The notes: generated by a model from the sequence alone, not told the origin. Positions 39,622-51,094 are shown, counted from the stretch's first letter. The stretch: DNA of 64,000 nt from Chitinophagaceae bacterium (GCA_039811165.1 JBDHYC010000012.1:19090-83089), one strand, 5' to 3'. Program-made: numbers and translations.

Positions 39622-40013
39622 GGCAGTTTGATTAATTGGAATATAAATGGTGAGTCAGGATATTTTATCCCTCTACTAAGTTAAAGGATCTTAAGAGTTT
39701 TTGTTTCAGAATTTCAGTGATTGTACATTTCTGATGCTCTACAAATATTGATGTTAGACAATTAAGCAGGCTGGCTATTTATATTCAGAATGGTATCTTT
39801 TTCCGGCATGTCAGGATATAACTAATTGTCATCAGTGTATTTGATCTAAAAATGAGAATTAGTCTCTGGAATTTCCGTAAGACGGTATTTGTTCTTTTGA
39901 GTGAGTATCATGGTGAATAAATAGTTCAATACGATTTTTTCACAAAATCCGGGTTTGGGAAAAAGTCATAATCACGTATTATTATTTTTCGGTATCTTTT
40001 CAAAAATTGATAT

Positions 40014-40586
40014 ATGAAAAAGTATTTTATACTTGCTGTTTCTGCATTATTTCTCCTGTCTTGTAATTCAGGAAATGATAAAAAAGCTGCAACTGATAGT
40101 GTTGGGCAAAAGGAAAATAATGTTGCTGCTTCCAATGCGGACAACCGGATTTTGTTTAAAGTAGATGGTGCTGAAGTAAGTTCTGATGGTTGGATTGTGC
40201 AACGATTTGTGTGGGATGAAAAAACACCTGCTCCCTGGCTGAATATCACCAGCAATATGCACAAGGATAAAAGAACCATCAATGTGAATCTGAATAGTAC
40301 AAAGCCGGCTACCTATACACTGTTTGAATCCGGTATGTTAACTAATTCACATGGCGCTTATTTTCCCGATTTTTCTAATCCCATGGAAAGCTATTCCTTT
40401 ACGAGCGGGAATTTCATAATAACAGGTGTTGATACTGTTAAGAATGTTTTAAATGGCACTTTTTCCGGTGTGGCAAAAAACAGTGACGGAAAAATAGTAA
40501 CAATCACTGACGGGCAACTTATAAATGTTTCTATGAAACCCGGAGTGAACAATCTTCAGGCCGAGTTGGATAAACTCGGTAATTAA
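40014..40586 (+). CDS. Lipoprotein of unknown function (same fold family as 47230..47724)
   Basis: It has lipobox LLSCNSG. The C-terminal motif ...LNGTFSGVAKNSDGKIVTITDGQL resembles ...LSGTFEGVVQDKEGHKAKITEGKF in the ORF at 47230. Confidence 0.6.
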   Translation: MKKYFILAVSALFLLSCNSGNDKKAATDSVGQKENNVAASNADNRILFKVDGAEVSSDGWIVQRFVWDEKTPAPWLNITSNMHKDKRTINVNLNSTKPATYTLFESGMLTNSHGAYFPDFSNPMESYSFTSGNFIITGVDTVKNVLNGTFSGVAKNSDGKIVTITDGQLINVSMKPGVNNLQAELDKLGN

Positions 40587-40745
40587 ATTCTTTAAGGATT
40601 ATTTGATATAAATATATTATTCTCATAACCGGATCGGAGAAATGTTTTAAAATCTTCTTGTCTGCACATATATAATATTACCTTTTCGGGTAAACATTTT
40701 CCCGGGCATAGTAATTAAATTTGCTTTTAATCATTATTGAGGCCT

Positions 40746-41309
40746 ATGTACTCACTAAAAATAATTATTGCAAGTACCCGCCCGGGGAGAAGGGGAATTG
40801 CGGTTGCTGAATGGTTTATTGAAATAGCTAAACAAAACCCTGATTTTTCTATTGAAGTTCTGGACCTGGAAAAGATCAACCTTCCTTTTATTGATGAGCC
40901 TAACCATCCCAAATTGCAGCAATATACACAGGAGCATACCCGCCAATGGAGTAAGACTATTAATGAAGCAGATGCTTTCATCTTTGTAATCCCGGAATAT
41001 AATTATGCAATGCCTCCCACATTATCAAATGCCATTGATTTTCTTTTTAATGAATGGAATTATAAGCCGGTGGGCTTAGTGAGTTATGGTGGCATTTCCG
41101 GCGGACTTCGTTCTGCACAAATGTGTAAACAGCAGATCACAACCGTAAAAATGATGCCTATGTCTGAAGGGGTGGCTATTCCTTTTATTGAAAAATTTAT
41201 AAATGAAGAGGGACGATTCATTAGCACTGATCAGATAGATCGCTCTGCAGAAATTTTGTTGAGAGAATTATTAAAATGGACAATAGCATTGAAGACCATG
41301 CGTATTTGA
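40746..41309 (+). CDS. NADPH-dependent FMN reductase
   Basis: The likely start is the ATG at 40746 (MYSLKIIIASTRPGRRG). The motif is flavodoxin-like and the PEYN motif is present. Confidence 0.85.
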   Translation: MYSLKIIIASTRPGRRGIAVAEWFIEIAKQNPDFSIEVLDLEKINLPFIDEPNHPKLQQYTQEHTRQWSKTINEADAFIFVIPEYNYAMPPTLSNAIDFLFNEWNYKPVGLVSYGGISGGLRSAQMCKQQITTVKMMPMSEGVAIPFIEKFINEEGRFISTDQIDRSAEILLRELLKWTIALKTMRI

Positions 41310-41573
41310 AAGTTGCCGGGAAAGCTAAATTTTTAATTGCCTTTCCTTTTTTTGTCAGCAAATAATCTTCAAATTTCAAAATACAAGGTTTCTGGTTGAT
41401 TCATGATCCCTCTTGTTGCACTGTATATGTTTTCGTGAATTAAAATCGCTTAATGCATTCTTCTGTTCAATCCTTATATTTTACTTGTTAAAAAAGAATT
41501 ATATAAAAGAGTTGAGAAAAAAATAATAGCGATCCGGTTTTAAAATTGTAAACTTGCTGAAACCAAACTGCTC

Positions 41574-44054
41574 ATGTATAAACATATAGTCCTTCTGCCG
41601 GCAATCCTTCTCAGTATTTCAGTGAATGCTCAAAAGACTGGGAAAAATATTTCTACAGCAAACTATGAACTTGCTTCTCGTTTTTCGCCGGGGAAAACCG
41701 GGAAAATGGTTTTTTCTACCAGCGTTACACCAAACTGGCTAAAAACCAGTGGCAGGTTCTGGTACACATATAGTACACCCGACTCAAAACGATGGGTTAT
41801 TGTAGATCCGGTGAAACGGACAAAAACCGATTTGTTTGACAATGCTGACCTGGCAGCTAAATTGAGTGTAATAACGGAGGATCCCCACGAGTCAAAGCAC
41901 CTGGAGCTTACCAATATTAAATTTGCTGATGATGAAAGAACAATGCGTTTCCAGGTTGCCAGTAAAAAGGAAGTTGTGAAGAGTGATAAAGAACGAAAGA
42001 AACTGACTAACAAATCAGACACTTTAAAGAAGAAAACATTTTATCTCGAATATAACTTTGCAACAAGACAATTGACAGAATTGGCTGATTCGTTAATGCC
42101 AAAGAAAGATTTATCCTGGGCTTCGTTTTCTCCTGATACTTCTGTAATTGTTTTCGCCAAAGGATTTAATTTGTTCTGGATGGATCGGGTCAATTATCGT
42201 AAAGCACAGGAAGATGATAAAGATTCTACCATTGTTGAACATGCACTTACATCCGACGGAGTAAAATTTTATGAATGGGGCGGCGGTTATAGCAGCACAG
42301 CAGATACTACTGATGAGTCAAGGGTAATGAAAGAAAGAAGGCCTGCAAGAATTCTGTGGTCACCCAATGGACGCTATTTTGTTTTAACCCGTCGTGATAA
42401 AAGAGATTTAAAAAACTTATGGGTTATTGATAATGTGGGAGGCAAAAGACCTATTCTCGAAACCTATAAATACCAGATGCCGGGTGAACCTGACAGTGCA
42501 AGAGATGAGTTGTATATATTCGACTTCAGGGATAAAAGCCATAAACAAATAGATGTAAGTGCATTCAAAAATCAAACAGTTCAGGGTTGGTCGGCAAAAA
42601 TGCCTAAAGCAGTTTGGGAGGATGAACCCCGCTTATTAAAATGGATTGGAGATGATGAATCTTTTTATGCTTACCGGGAAAGCAGGGACGAAAAACGAAT
42701 AGACTTTTTGAGAATACACGTAGATGGCAGGGTGGAAGTATTAGTTGAAGAGAGAAGTAATGTTTACCTGGATGTAAAACGTCCTGAAATAATTGATAAA
42801 ACGGGAGAGATTGTCTGGTGGAGTGAACGGGATGGCTGGGGACATCTCTACTTATTAGATAAAAGCGGGAAATTAAAAAATCAAATTACACGGGGAGAAT
42901 ATTTTGTATCCGGAATTGAAGGAATTACCGGCCGCACATTATATTTTGTTGCCAATGGAAAAGAGAAAGATCAGGATCCTTATTATGATCATATCTATAG
43001 TGTGAGCCTGGACGGAGGTACGCCGAAACTTCTGAACCCCGGAAATTTTGACAACCAGGTTTCAACCAATGATGCAGTTACCTTTTATGTAAATAATTTT
43101 TCAAGAGTCAATACAATACCCGCCAGTGATCTTTATGATGTTAATGGGAATAAATTAATGAACCTTGAAACAGCTGACCTCAGCCAGTTATTTGCGGCAG
43201 GATATAAATTTCCCGAACCATTTAAGGTTAAAGCAGATGATGGAATTACTGACTTGTACGGGGTCATGTATAAGCCTTTTGATTTTGATTCAACAAAAGT
43301 TTATCCATTGGTTGAATATGTATATCCGGGCCCGCAAACAGAGGAGGTGAATAGTACATTCTCTGCATGGATGGATAGAACTGATCGTCTTGCCCAGGTT
43401 GGTTTTATTGTGATAACAGTGGGCAATCGGGGAGGACATCCAAACCGGTCGAAATGGTATCATACTTTTGGTTATGGCAACTTGCGGGATTATGGCCTGG
43501 CAGATAAAAAAGCTGCTGCTGAGCAATTGGCAGACAGGTATTCATTTATAGATAAAGACAAAATTGGAATTACAGGCCATTCGGGTGGTGGCTTTATGTC
43601 CACTGCTGCCATGCTGGTATACCCGGATTTTTTTAAAGTAGCTGTTTCCAGTTCAGGCAATCATGAAAACCAGATTTATAATCGCTGGTGGAGTGAAAGA
43701 CACAACGGGGTTGCCGAGAAAATAAGTTCAAAAGGGGATACCACTTTTTCTTATGCTATTGACAAAAACACTTCGATAGCAGGCAACCTGAAAGGCCACC
43801 TGATGCTGACCACCGGGGATATTGATAATAATGTGCATCCTGCAAATACCATTCGCATGGCAGATGCATTTATAAAAGCCAATAAGCGGTTTGATTTTGT
43901 CTTATTCCCGGGACAAAGGCACGGCTATGGAAATATGACTGAATATTTCTTCTGGAAAATGGCTGAATATTTTGCAGAATATTTATTGGGCGACAGCCGG
44001 AGAAATGAAGTAGATATTATGGAGATGAACAGGGAGATACCACAGAAAAAATAA
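41574..44054 (+). CDS. S9 family serine peptidase (dipeptidyl-peptidase IV-like)
   Basis: 826 aa with a signal peptide and an N-terminal beta-propeller. The nucleophile elbow is GITGHSGGGFMS, and a C-terminal His (QRHGY) is present. Confidence 0.88.
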   Translation: MYKHIVLLPAILLSISVNAQKTGKNISTANYELASRFSPGKTGKMVFSTSVTPNWLKTSGRFWYTYSTPDSKRWVIVDPVKRTKTDLFDNADLAAKLSVITEDPHESKHLELTNIKFADDERTMRFQVASKKEVVKSDKERKKLTNKSDTLKKKTFYLEYNFATRQLTELADSLMPKKDLSWASFSPDTSVIVFAKGFNLFWMDRVNYRKAQEDDKDSTIVEHALTSDGVKFYEWGGGYSSTADTTDESRVMKERRPARILWSPNGRYFVLTRRDKRDLKNLWVIDNVGGKRPILETYKYQMPGEPDSARDELYIFDFRDKSHKQIDVSAFKNQTVQGWSAKMPKAVWEDEPRLLKWIGDDESFYAYRESRDEKRIDFLRIHVDGRVEVLVEERSNVYLDVKRPEIIDKTGEIVWWSERDGWGHLYLLDKSGKLKNQITRGEYFVSGIEGITGRTLYFVANGKEKDQDPYYDHIYSVSLDGGTPKLLNPGNFDNQVSTNDAVTFYVNNFSRVNTIPASDLYDVNGNKLMNLETADLSQLFAAGYKFPEPFKVKADDGITDLYGVMYKPFDFDSTKVYPLVEYVYPGPQTEEVNSTFSAWMDRTDRLAQVGFIVITVGNRGGHPNRSKWYHTFGYGNLRDYGLADKKAAAEQLADRYSFIDKDKIGITGHSGGGFMSTAAMLVYPDFFKVAVSSSGNHENQIYNRWWSERHNGVAEKISSKGDTTFSYAIDKNTSIAGNLKGHLMLTTGDIDNNVHPANTIRMADAFIKANKRFDFVLFPGQRHGYGNMTEYFFWKMAEYFAEYLLGDSRRNEVDIMEMNREIPQKK

Positions 44055-44233
44055 AGTTGTATCCTGCGAAAGATTTAGTAGCGAAATATTTTTATGGCTG
44101 GGGCATACCGGCCATTTGTTTTTTATGAATAATAAATTCACTGAATTCTTTTTCTCAAATCAAGTTGGCTTTTATAGTTTTGGAATTAATTGTAAAGACC
44201 CATTCCAAATATCTTATAAAGCACCGATGCTTT

Positions 44234-46459
44234 ATGAAACTCACTGTGGTTATAAATATTTTTTTCATTACAACTTCCTTATTCTTAGGAAATCATCGGG
44301 CTTGCGCACAGACAAATGAATATATCTCTGATTCAACTGCAATTTTCGATCTGATAGATAAAGCAGAATATTATTATGAAGCATCTAACTACGATTCTGC
44401 TATTTTTTATGTGACCAATGCAATTCAGCTTGGGCAAAATATGAAATACCTTCACGGCGAAGGGTGGGCTTTAATAAAATATACGGATATACTGATTGAT
44501 AAAGCTGATTATAAAACTGCAGATGGTAACCCCTTAAGAGAGGAAAATATCGGGAGCGTACTAAATGACTCACTGATTATAGCAATTTCCTATCTGCATT
44601 CTGCACAGCTAAAAATGTATAACGAAAAACCGGATGAAGCTATTCCGCTTTTTCAAAAAGCGCTGAAAACTAGGTTGGCGAAAATTAATTCACCCTATTC
44701 GGCACTTGCGTATAATGATTTAGGATTTACTTACGGACAAAAAGCGGAGTACCAGCTGGAGATTGAAAATTTATTAAAAGCACTGAACATTTATGAAAAG
44801 ATAAAGGATGATGCAGGCGCAGCCATGTCACTTAGTAATATTGCCGGCATGTATTATAGCCTTGGGGATAAACAAAAGGCAATTGAGTATCAAAAAAAAT
44901 CTCTTGAAAAAAGAAAAAGCTCAGATGTGGAAGGACTGGCAATAGGGTATTGTAATATATGTCAGATGTATCTGCAGGCAGGTGATTTGACTGAAGCAGA
45001 ACGATATCAGCAATTATGTTTAAAATATTCCAACCAGTCAAAGTTTACCTCAAGAGTGGTGATGGGGTTTATTACCTCAGGATTACTGGCAAATGCAAAA
45101 GGAGATAATAAAGAAGCGTTTGATCTGGAGAAAAAGGCAATTAGTACTTTGGAAAAATCTCATAGCGATAGTGTGATGTTGGCAACCCGCTATATCTCCG
45201 CGGCAATTTTGGCAAATAATTTAAAAGAAGATTCCCTGCTTACTCTCGGGTATTTTCAAAAGGCAATGACACTTTCCAAAGAATTGAATATCCGGGAAAA
45301 TTTAAAATCAATTTATTATTATCAGACAATATTTTTTAAAGACAGGAAAGATTTTTACCATGCCTATGAAAACTACAAAAAATATGTTGTTTACCGGGAC
45401 AGCCTGAACTCAGAAGAGACTAAGAGAAACATTGCGGAATTGGAAACAAAATATCAAACGGAGAAAAAGGATAATGAGATAGTAAAGCTAAATGCGGATC
45501 AAAAAATAAAACAACTGGAGATTGAAAAGCAAAAAGCTATTATTGCAGGAGATCTGCTGCAGGCACAAAAGAAGCAAAATGAAATTGATCTGTTGGGCAA
45601 ATCAAAAGAGTTGTTAGACATTAAAATAAAACAGCAGGACGAACAGTTAGAGAAAAATCTACTCATTGCTAAAAACAATGAACAGCAGCTTCAACTTGCT
45701 GAGCAGGATAAAAAACTCCGGGAAAAGAAGATAGAGGAACAAAAGCAACTCCGAAACATAATGATTTCCGGAATTATTATTTTATCTATTTTGGGGTTTG
45801 TATTATTTAATCGTTACCAACTGAAAAGAAAGCTGCAACAGCAGAAAGCCTTATTGGACGTCAGAAATAATATTGCAAGGGATCTTCATGATGAAATCGG
45901 CTCTACACTTACCAGCATTAAAATCCTTTCGGAAGTTTCTAAAAATAATTTGCAAAAGGATCAGCAAAAAGCCACAGCGTTACTTCAAAAAATTACGGAA
46001 CAGTCCTCAGCAATGCAACAAAGCATGAGTGATATTGTCTGGGCCATAAAACCCGAAAATGACAAACTGGAAAACATGGTAATACGAATGCGGGAATATA
46101 TAAGCCATACACTTGAACCTAAAAATATCCGCACCTTGTTTACTATTGATGAAAAAGTGCTGGATAAAAGTATCAATATGGAGCAACGCAGGGATTTTTT
46201 CCTGATTTTCAAAGAAGCTATTAATAACGTGGCTAAATATTCTGAATGTGGGCAGGTAAAAATTGACCTGAATTCCGATAACGGAAACATTAAGATGACA
46301 ATTACGGATGATGGCGTTGGATTTGACACTCAAAGGATCACTTCCTCAAACGGGTTGAAAAATATGCAATCAAGGGCAAACGCTCTAAAAGGATATTGTT
46401 CTATCCATTCTATTGTGGGAAAAGGAACAACCGTGATGGTGGAAGTACCCGCTACATGA
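44234..46459 (+). CDS. TPR-repeat sensor histidine kinase (HisKA_3/NarX-type)
   Basis: The likely start is the ATG at 44234. It has TPR repeats, a long coiled coil, one TM segment, the H-box ARDLHDEIGSTLTSI and a HATPase_c domain. Confidence 0.88.
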   Translation: MKLTVVINIFFITTSLFLGNHRACAQTNEYISDSTAIFDLIDKAEYYYEASNYDSAIFYVTNAIQLGQNMKYLHGEGWALIKYTDILIDKADYKTADGNPLREENIGSVLNDSLIIAISYLHSAQLKMYNEKPDEAIPLFQKALKTRLAKINSPYSALAYNDLGFTYGQKAEYQLEIENLLKALNIYEKIKDDAGAAMSLSNIAGMYYSLGDKQKAIEYQKKSLEKRKSSDVEGLAIGYCNICQMYLQAGDLTEAERYQQLCLKYSNQSKFTSRVVMGFITSGLLANAKGDNKEAFDLEKKAISTLEKSHSDSVMLATRYISAAILANNLKEDSLLTLGYFQKAMTLSKELNIRENLKSIYYYQTIFFKDRKDFYHAYENYKKYVVYRDSLNSEETKRNIAELETKYQTEKKDNEIVKLNADQKIKQLEIEKQKAIIAGDLLQAQKKQNEIDLLGKSKELLDIKIKQQDEQLEKNLLIAKNNEQQLQLAEQDKKLREKKIEEQKQLRNIMISGIIILSILGFVLFNRYQLKRKLQQQKALLDVRNNIARDLHDEIGSTLTSIKILSEVSKNNLQKDQQKATALLQKITEQSSAMQQSMSDIVWAIKPENDKLENMVIRMREYISHTLEPKNIRTLFTIDEKVLDKSINMEQRRDFFLIFKEAINNVAKYSECGQVKIDLNSDNGNIKMTITDDGVGFDTQRITSSNGLKNMQSRANALKGYCSIHSIVGKGTTVMVEVPAT

Positions 46460-46501
46460 TTATGTAGAGTGCTTTCAAAAAATTATTTTTATATTGTTAA
46501 T

Positions 46502-47152
46502 ATGCCTGTCAGAATATTATTGTACGATGATAACGAAGCACTGCGTGCCAGCATGGAAGCATTGATCGGTGAAGAGCCCGATTTTGAATTGTTAGCCGCT
46601 ATGCCTGATGCTGAAACGATTGAAGAAGACATCAGGGAATTAAAACCTGATGTGGTGCTGATGGATATTGATATGCCTAAGGTGAATGGTGTGCAGGCAG
46701 TTCGAACCATCAGGAATATAAATGAGCAGCTTCCGGTTATCATGCTTACCGTCTTTGATGACAATGAGAATATTTTTAAAGCTATTTGCGCAGGAGCATC
46801 GGGTTATATTTTGAAACGATACGCTACGGAAGAAATTCCTACAGCTATCCGGAATGTTTTAACCGGCGGCGCACCTATGACAGGAACGGTTGCAAGGAAA
46901 GTATTGCAAATGGTTCCGCAGGCTAAAACCAATGAGGGAGAAAAAAATGATCTTTCCAAAAGAGAAACGGAGATACTTCAGTTTCTTGTGAATGGTTTCA
47001 GTTATAAAATGATCGCATCAAAATTGGAAATTAGTATAGATACGGTACGCTTTCATATCAAAAAGATTTATGACAAACTTCATGTCCACTCTGCTACCGA
47101 GGCAGTTTCAAAAGCGTTAAAAGATAAACTCATCAGTTTCCTTCTTTTTTAA
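46502..47152 (+). CDS. LuxR/NarL-family response regulator
   Basis: The likely start is the ATG at 46502 (MPVRILLYDDN). It has a receiver domain (DVVLMDIDMP) and a C-terminal LuxR HTH (LSKRETEILQFL...). Confidence 0.92.
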   Translation: MPVRILLYDDNEALRASMEALIGEEPDFELLAAMPDAETIEEDIRELKPDVVLMDIDMPKVNGVQAVRTIRNINEQLPVIMLTVFDDNENIFKAICAGASGYILKRYATEEIPTAIRNVLTGGAPMTGTVARKVLQMVPQAKTNEGEKNDLSKRETEILQFLVNGFSYKMIASKLEISIDTVRFHIKKIYDKLHVHSATEAVSKALKDKLISFLLF

Positions 47153-47229
47153 TCCTGTTCTACCACATGATTATGTAGTTGTAGTACCCATAGCGCCTTA
47201 GTAGTTTGCATTGAAATTAATCGTCACCC

Positions 47230-47724
47230 ATGACTAAGGTATTTATCCTGACTTTTTTGATTTCTTTTTCCCTCGCTACAAAAGCACAAATCAACCCGTT
47301 GACAGGGAAACCATTTCCTGTTTCAAAACATACTTCGAAAGGCTCCATGTCTTTCAAGTTCAACGGTCAGCCATACGAAGCGGACCCTGCACATGCAAAA
47401 GGATATGCAATGGTGCAAACAGGATTGGGTTATATAAATGGAGCCAATAGCTCAAAAGGAATTCTGATCGGATTGGAATTGTTTGTCAAAGGAAAAGGAG
47501 CCATTTCTATTAAAGGAGATAAAGACGGGAAAGTAAATTTCACCATTAATAATGTAATGTATTGGGTAAAAAGTCCTGGTGATTTTTTGAATGTTGAAAT
47601 AACCAATGTGAAAAAAATGGGTCAATTGCTTTTATTAAGCGGAACATTTGAAGGCGTAGTGCAGGACAAGGAGGGTCATAAAGCAAAAATCACTGAAGGA
47701 AAATTTTCGACTGAAAGTCTATAA
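47230..47724 (+). CDS. Secreted hypothetical protein
   Basis: 164 aa with a signal peptide. It is a paralogue-like relative of 40014..40586. Confidence 0.6.
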   Translation: MTKVFILTFLISFSLATKAQINPLTGKPFPVSKHTSKGSMSFKFNGQPYEADPAHAKGYAMVQTGLGYINGANSSKGILIGLELFVKGKGAISIKGDKDGKVNFTINNVMYWVKSPGDFLNVEITNVKKMGQLLLLSGTFEGVVQDKEGHKAKITEGKFSTESL

Positions 47725-47791
47725 TTGACATGTACGGGCTGAATTTTATTAGCTCATCCGTACCCTATAATAAAATTTTAAATAAAATATC

Positions 47792-48550
47792 ATGAAACAA
47801 CTTCCTCTTTATTTACTTTTTTTAGTATTTGCCAATTGCAATAATAACAGCAGTTCAAAGCAAACTACAGATAATAGTAAGAAACGAGCATCAACAACCG
47901 GTACTGTTGCAGATAATGTTTCATCCGGCGGTTGCGGTTCATTAATCTATTTTCAAAAAGGAGCAGTTATTGAGGCAGCTACTTATGACGCTACCGGAAA
48001 AGAAACCGGAAAACAAACTACAACAGTTGTGGATGTAAAAGATGAGGGTGCTGAAAAGATTAGTGATCTGAAAATGGACATGAATTCTTCCCTGGGGACT
48101 AGCAGTCTGAGTACAGAGTATAAATGTAATGGCGCCAGCGTCTTTCTGGATATGAAATCCACGATGTCAAATTTTGCAATGATGAAAAATGCTACTGTGG
48201 AGTCTTCTTCTCTGGAATTTCCCGTCCAGCTTTCGGTTGGTGAAAATTTACCGGATGCCACCATAAGTATCGCAATGGAGAGGGGAAACATTAAAACAAA
48301 AACAATTGCCACTCATACAGAACGGAAAGTGGAAAAAGCTGAGAAAATTACAACCCCTGCCGGTTCCTGGAATTGTTTTAAAGTAGTTTCTACCGTTAAA
48401 ACTTCTATGGTAATGAGCGGCATGAACCGAAGCATGCCGACACAAAAAATTATTTCCTGGTTTGCACCGGATTTTGGTATTGTTCAAACTGAAATGTACA
48501 GCAACGATCAACTGGCTAGCCGGTCTTATGTAATTTCTGTAAAAAAATAA
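47792..48550 (+). CDS. Hypothetical lipoprotein
   Basis: 252 aa with lipobox VFANCNN. I recognise no family. Confidence 0.6.
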   Translation: MKQLPLYLLFLVFANCNNNSSSKQTTDNSKKRASTTGTVADNVSSGGCGSLIYFQKGAVIEAATYDATGKETGKQTTTVVDVKDEGAEKISDLKMDMNSSLGTSSLSTEYKCNGASVFLDMKSTMSNFAMMKNATVESSSLEFPVQLSVGENLPDATISIAMERGNIKTKTIATHTERKVEKAEKITTPAGSWNCFKVVSTVKTSMVMSGMNRSMPTQKIISWFAPDFGIVQTEMYSNDQLASRSYVISVKK

Positions 48551-48552
48551 TT

Positions 48553-49158
48553 ATGCAAAAGAAGACAAAGAGATTAAAGGCATTTGTAATCATCTGTTTA
48601 CTTTTTTCAGGATCAATACTGAAAGCCCAGCCATTTAATTTGAACGACAACATTCAACCTGTTGAACTCAACCTGGTAGATTATAAAAAAGATGATGCGA
48701 AAGCAAAGGGAAGGATTAACATAACAGAAGTAACACAAGTGAAAGACACCCTTTATTTTTTTGCAAAAGGATTCAGTATGTATTCTCCTGCTTATTTCTG
48801 CATTACAGCTACAGATGCTACAGCTCCTATTCAGGTTACTTTGAATAAAGAAAATTGGCACCAGTCAAATACTGCAGGAGAAACCAATGAGAAAGGGTTT
48901 TGGGAAACTTCATTTAAAACCGAAGGAGATTTTGGCATCATGGTAGTGCCGAAAACGAAACCTGTAAAATATACATTGCTTATCTGGAATGGTGCCGAAG
49001 CAAAAGATGTGGGAATCACTTCAGCATTTTCAGATAAAGCCCCGGCAGCATCAACCAACGGGTTTTTGAAAAACAACCTTATCTACATCATAATAGGTGC
49101 AGTTTTATTATTAGTTATTACTTTTGTTGTAATTAAACGGAAAAAATCAAACGCATGA
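48553..49158 (+). CDS. Hypothetical protein with a signal peptide and a C-terminal TM anchor
   Basis: 201 aa. The C-terminal segment LIYIIIGAVLLLVITFVVIKRKK is a TM anchor. It starts 2 nt after the previous stop. Confidence 0.6.
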   Translation: MQKKTKRLKAFVIICLLFSGSILKAQPFNLNDNIQPVELNLVDYKKDDAKAKGRINITEVTQVKDTLYFFAKGFSMYSPAYFCITATDATAPIQVTLNKENWHQSNTAGETNEKGFWETSFKTEGDFGIMVVPKTKPVKYTLLIWNGAEAKDVGITSAFSDKAPAASTNGFLKNNLIYIIIGAVLLLVITFVVIKRKKSNA

Positions 49159-49850
49159 AAAAGACATTGCTTTTCATCCTGTTTGCAACTCTTGTCCTCA
49201 TTGGCAAGTCGCAACCGTCCGTCACAGATGCACAGGTGGATGCCATCAATCAAATGGGGCAAGATCAGGTTGATAACATACAGCAGCAGACAAGTTCTGA
49301 TGAGACTGTTAACAGCAGTATCGGGGAAGCCTTGGAGCATTTGAATACTTTTCTAAGTATTGCACAAAGTGCACAGGACCTTTATAACAGTTCCCGTTCG
49401 CTTAGTAATGGAGAATGTGCGCCGGACTTCAGTACCAGCGCCAATGATATGATGCCTTCAAGTTGTGCCTCTGCCGATTGCCAGGATTGTTATGCAAAGG
49501 CGGTTAACGAATTGACCTTTGTGCGCAGGCAATTGGGAAGATTAAGTTGTATTTACAGAAACACCAGGAATTTTAACCAGAGCGCCATTGCATTTGGAGA
49601 TAATGCCAGTGGCATTCATGCAGTAACGGGACTTGCCTGGCAAAATGCCCGTGCAGAAATTGTAGCTGAATATGAAAATTTCAAAAGAGCTTATGATGAA
49701 AAATACCAGGGCATGATGGGCTCATTGGAAAAAGCATTGAAAGCAATAGGAGAATGTGAAAATCAGTATGGAGGTCAGAGGGACTGGTATCAGCGGTTTG
49801 GGTTTATTTATTTTCAGATGATGCAGGATAAATACAAACGTACTGATTAG
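49155..49850 (+). CDS. Secreted Cys-containing hypothetical protein
   Basis: 231 aa with a signal peptide and six Cys residues. Its start overlaps the upstream stop (ATGA). Confidence 0.6.
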   Translation: MKKTLLFILFATLVLIGKSQPSVTDAQVDAINQMGQDQVDNIQQQTSSDETVNSSIGEALEHLNTFLSIAQSAQDLYNSSRSLSNGECAPDFSTSANDMMPSSCASADCQDCYAKAVNELTFVRRQLGRLSCIYRNTRNFNQSAIAFGDNASGIHAVTGLAWQNARAEIVAEYENFKRAYDEKYQGMMGSLEKALKAIGECENQYGGQRDWYQRFGFIYFQMMQDKYKRTD

Positions 49851-49905
49851 ATTTTTATGTTATGCGGGTTAAAGTAAGCAACACGAAGATTTTAAAATTT
49901 CTATT

Positions 49906-50406
49906 ATGAGATTTTTTAGCGCTGCTTTGTTTTTCCTGCTTTCAATACAAAGCACATGGTCGCAAGGGGACTATGCACCCACACTAAAAAGATTAATCGG
50001 AAAAAAATTTACTGATGAAAAAAATATTCCTGGTTTGAAAGGCTATAGTTTTCGTGAAGGTTCCCTGATTACAGATGTTGATGACCCGGAGCCACAGTTT
50101 ATTACTCTGTTATTAAAAGGAACGAAGGGGGCAGTTGTTTATAGTGTAATGCCGGACACATCTCAAAAAATTTGTCACATTCTTGATGTGATTGAGATTC
50201 GAAATATTCCAACCGGATGGGAAATCAGGACCGTAGGATGCCAGGAAGGTGAAACAGAAGATCAAATTATTGTTGCGTTGGTAAAACCGGGAAAGGGAGA
50301 ATATGTGAAAGCGATAAAGCAGGCATGGCTCTGTCTCAGGGATAAATTAAGATTTACAGGAATCAGCAGTAAAGACATTAAATGTATCAATGAAGGACAG
50401 GAGTAA
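49906..50406 (+). CDS. Secreted hypothetical protein
   Basis: 166 aa with a signal peptide. Confidence 0.55.
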   Translation: MRFFSAALFFLLSIQSTWSQGDYAPTLKRLIGKKFTDEKNIPGLKGYSFREGSLITDVDDPEPQFITLLLKGTKGAVVYSVMPDTSQKICHILDVIEIRNIPTGWEIRTVGCQEGETEDQIIVALVKPGKGEYVKAIKQAWLCLRDKLRFTGISSKDIKCINEGQE

Positions 50407-50441
50407 ATTTTTTAGTCATTCAAAACCTTAAAACATACAAC

Positions 50442-51071
50442 ATGAAAAAAATGATTTTTATCTCGATGATTACTGTTTTTGCAGCAGTCGCAAATGCACA
50501 AATCAATCCGCAAAAGAATAAACAGATTTACAAGCCCATTAAGCCCTTGATTGTGAAACTTGATTCAGCTATACAAGTTATACCCGCAACGGTAGGGCCT
50601 TATTGTCCTACAAAACTATTGGGTGGCGATAGAGAATTTGGTGGACATGGTCCCGAAATATGGGCGAATATTGACATTACAATAGAAAACGGCAACCAGC
50701 TTTTTGCAACAGTATATATGCATGCCAGGGAAACTGAAAGCGATTGGAGCGAAACAGAAGGTACCTGGAAAAAATTAATTTATAGTGCGCCTGCCGGATA
50801 CAATATCAGCCAGATTCAAAGTGGAAAACATTCGGAAGTACATTATATCAGCAAGCCGGGTATAGGTATTTTTTCAAAAGGAGCAGCGCAGGAGTTATTT
50901 TCAGGCGCAAAGGGAAATAATGTAGCTTTTCAGGACGACGGCTTAGTCACCCGCTGGAATATTGTTGGTGATACCATGGGAGATGATATCAGTACTGATC
51001 GTAATTGTAAAGATGACACCCAGGTTGCGATTCAGTTGAACCCTGTAAAGCTTCTGCTTAGAAGAAAATAA
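50442..51071 (+). CDS. Secreted hypothetical protein
   Basis: 209 aa with a signal peptide. Confidence 0.55.
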   Translation: MKKMIFISMITVFAAVANAQINPQKNKQIYKPIKPLIVKLDSAIQVIPATVGPYCPTKLLGGDREFGGHGPEIWANIDITIENGNQLFATVYMHARETESDWSETEGTWKKLIYSAPAGYNISQIQSGKHSEVHYISKPGIGIFSKGAAQELFSGAKGNNVAFQDDGLVTRWNIVGDTMGDDISTDRNCKDDTQVAIQLNPVKLLLRRK

Positions 51072-51094
51072 GAATTAAAATAATTTCAGAAATA

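Noticed and set aside
46452-46467. CTACATGATTATGTAG hairpin as an intrinsic terminator
   Set aside because: The stem is short and AT-rich, with no following T-run. It overlaps the kinase stop codon directly upstream of the co-operonic regulator gene. An operator or chance repeat is more plausible; it is reported as a finding instead.
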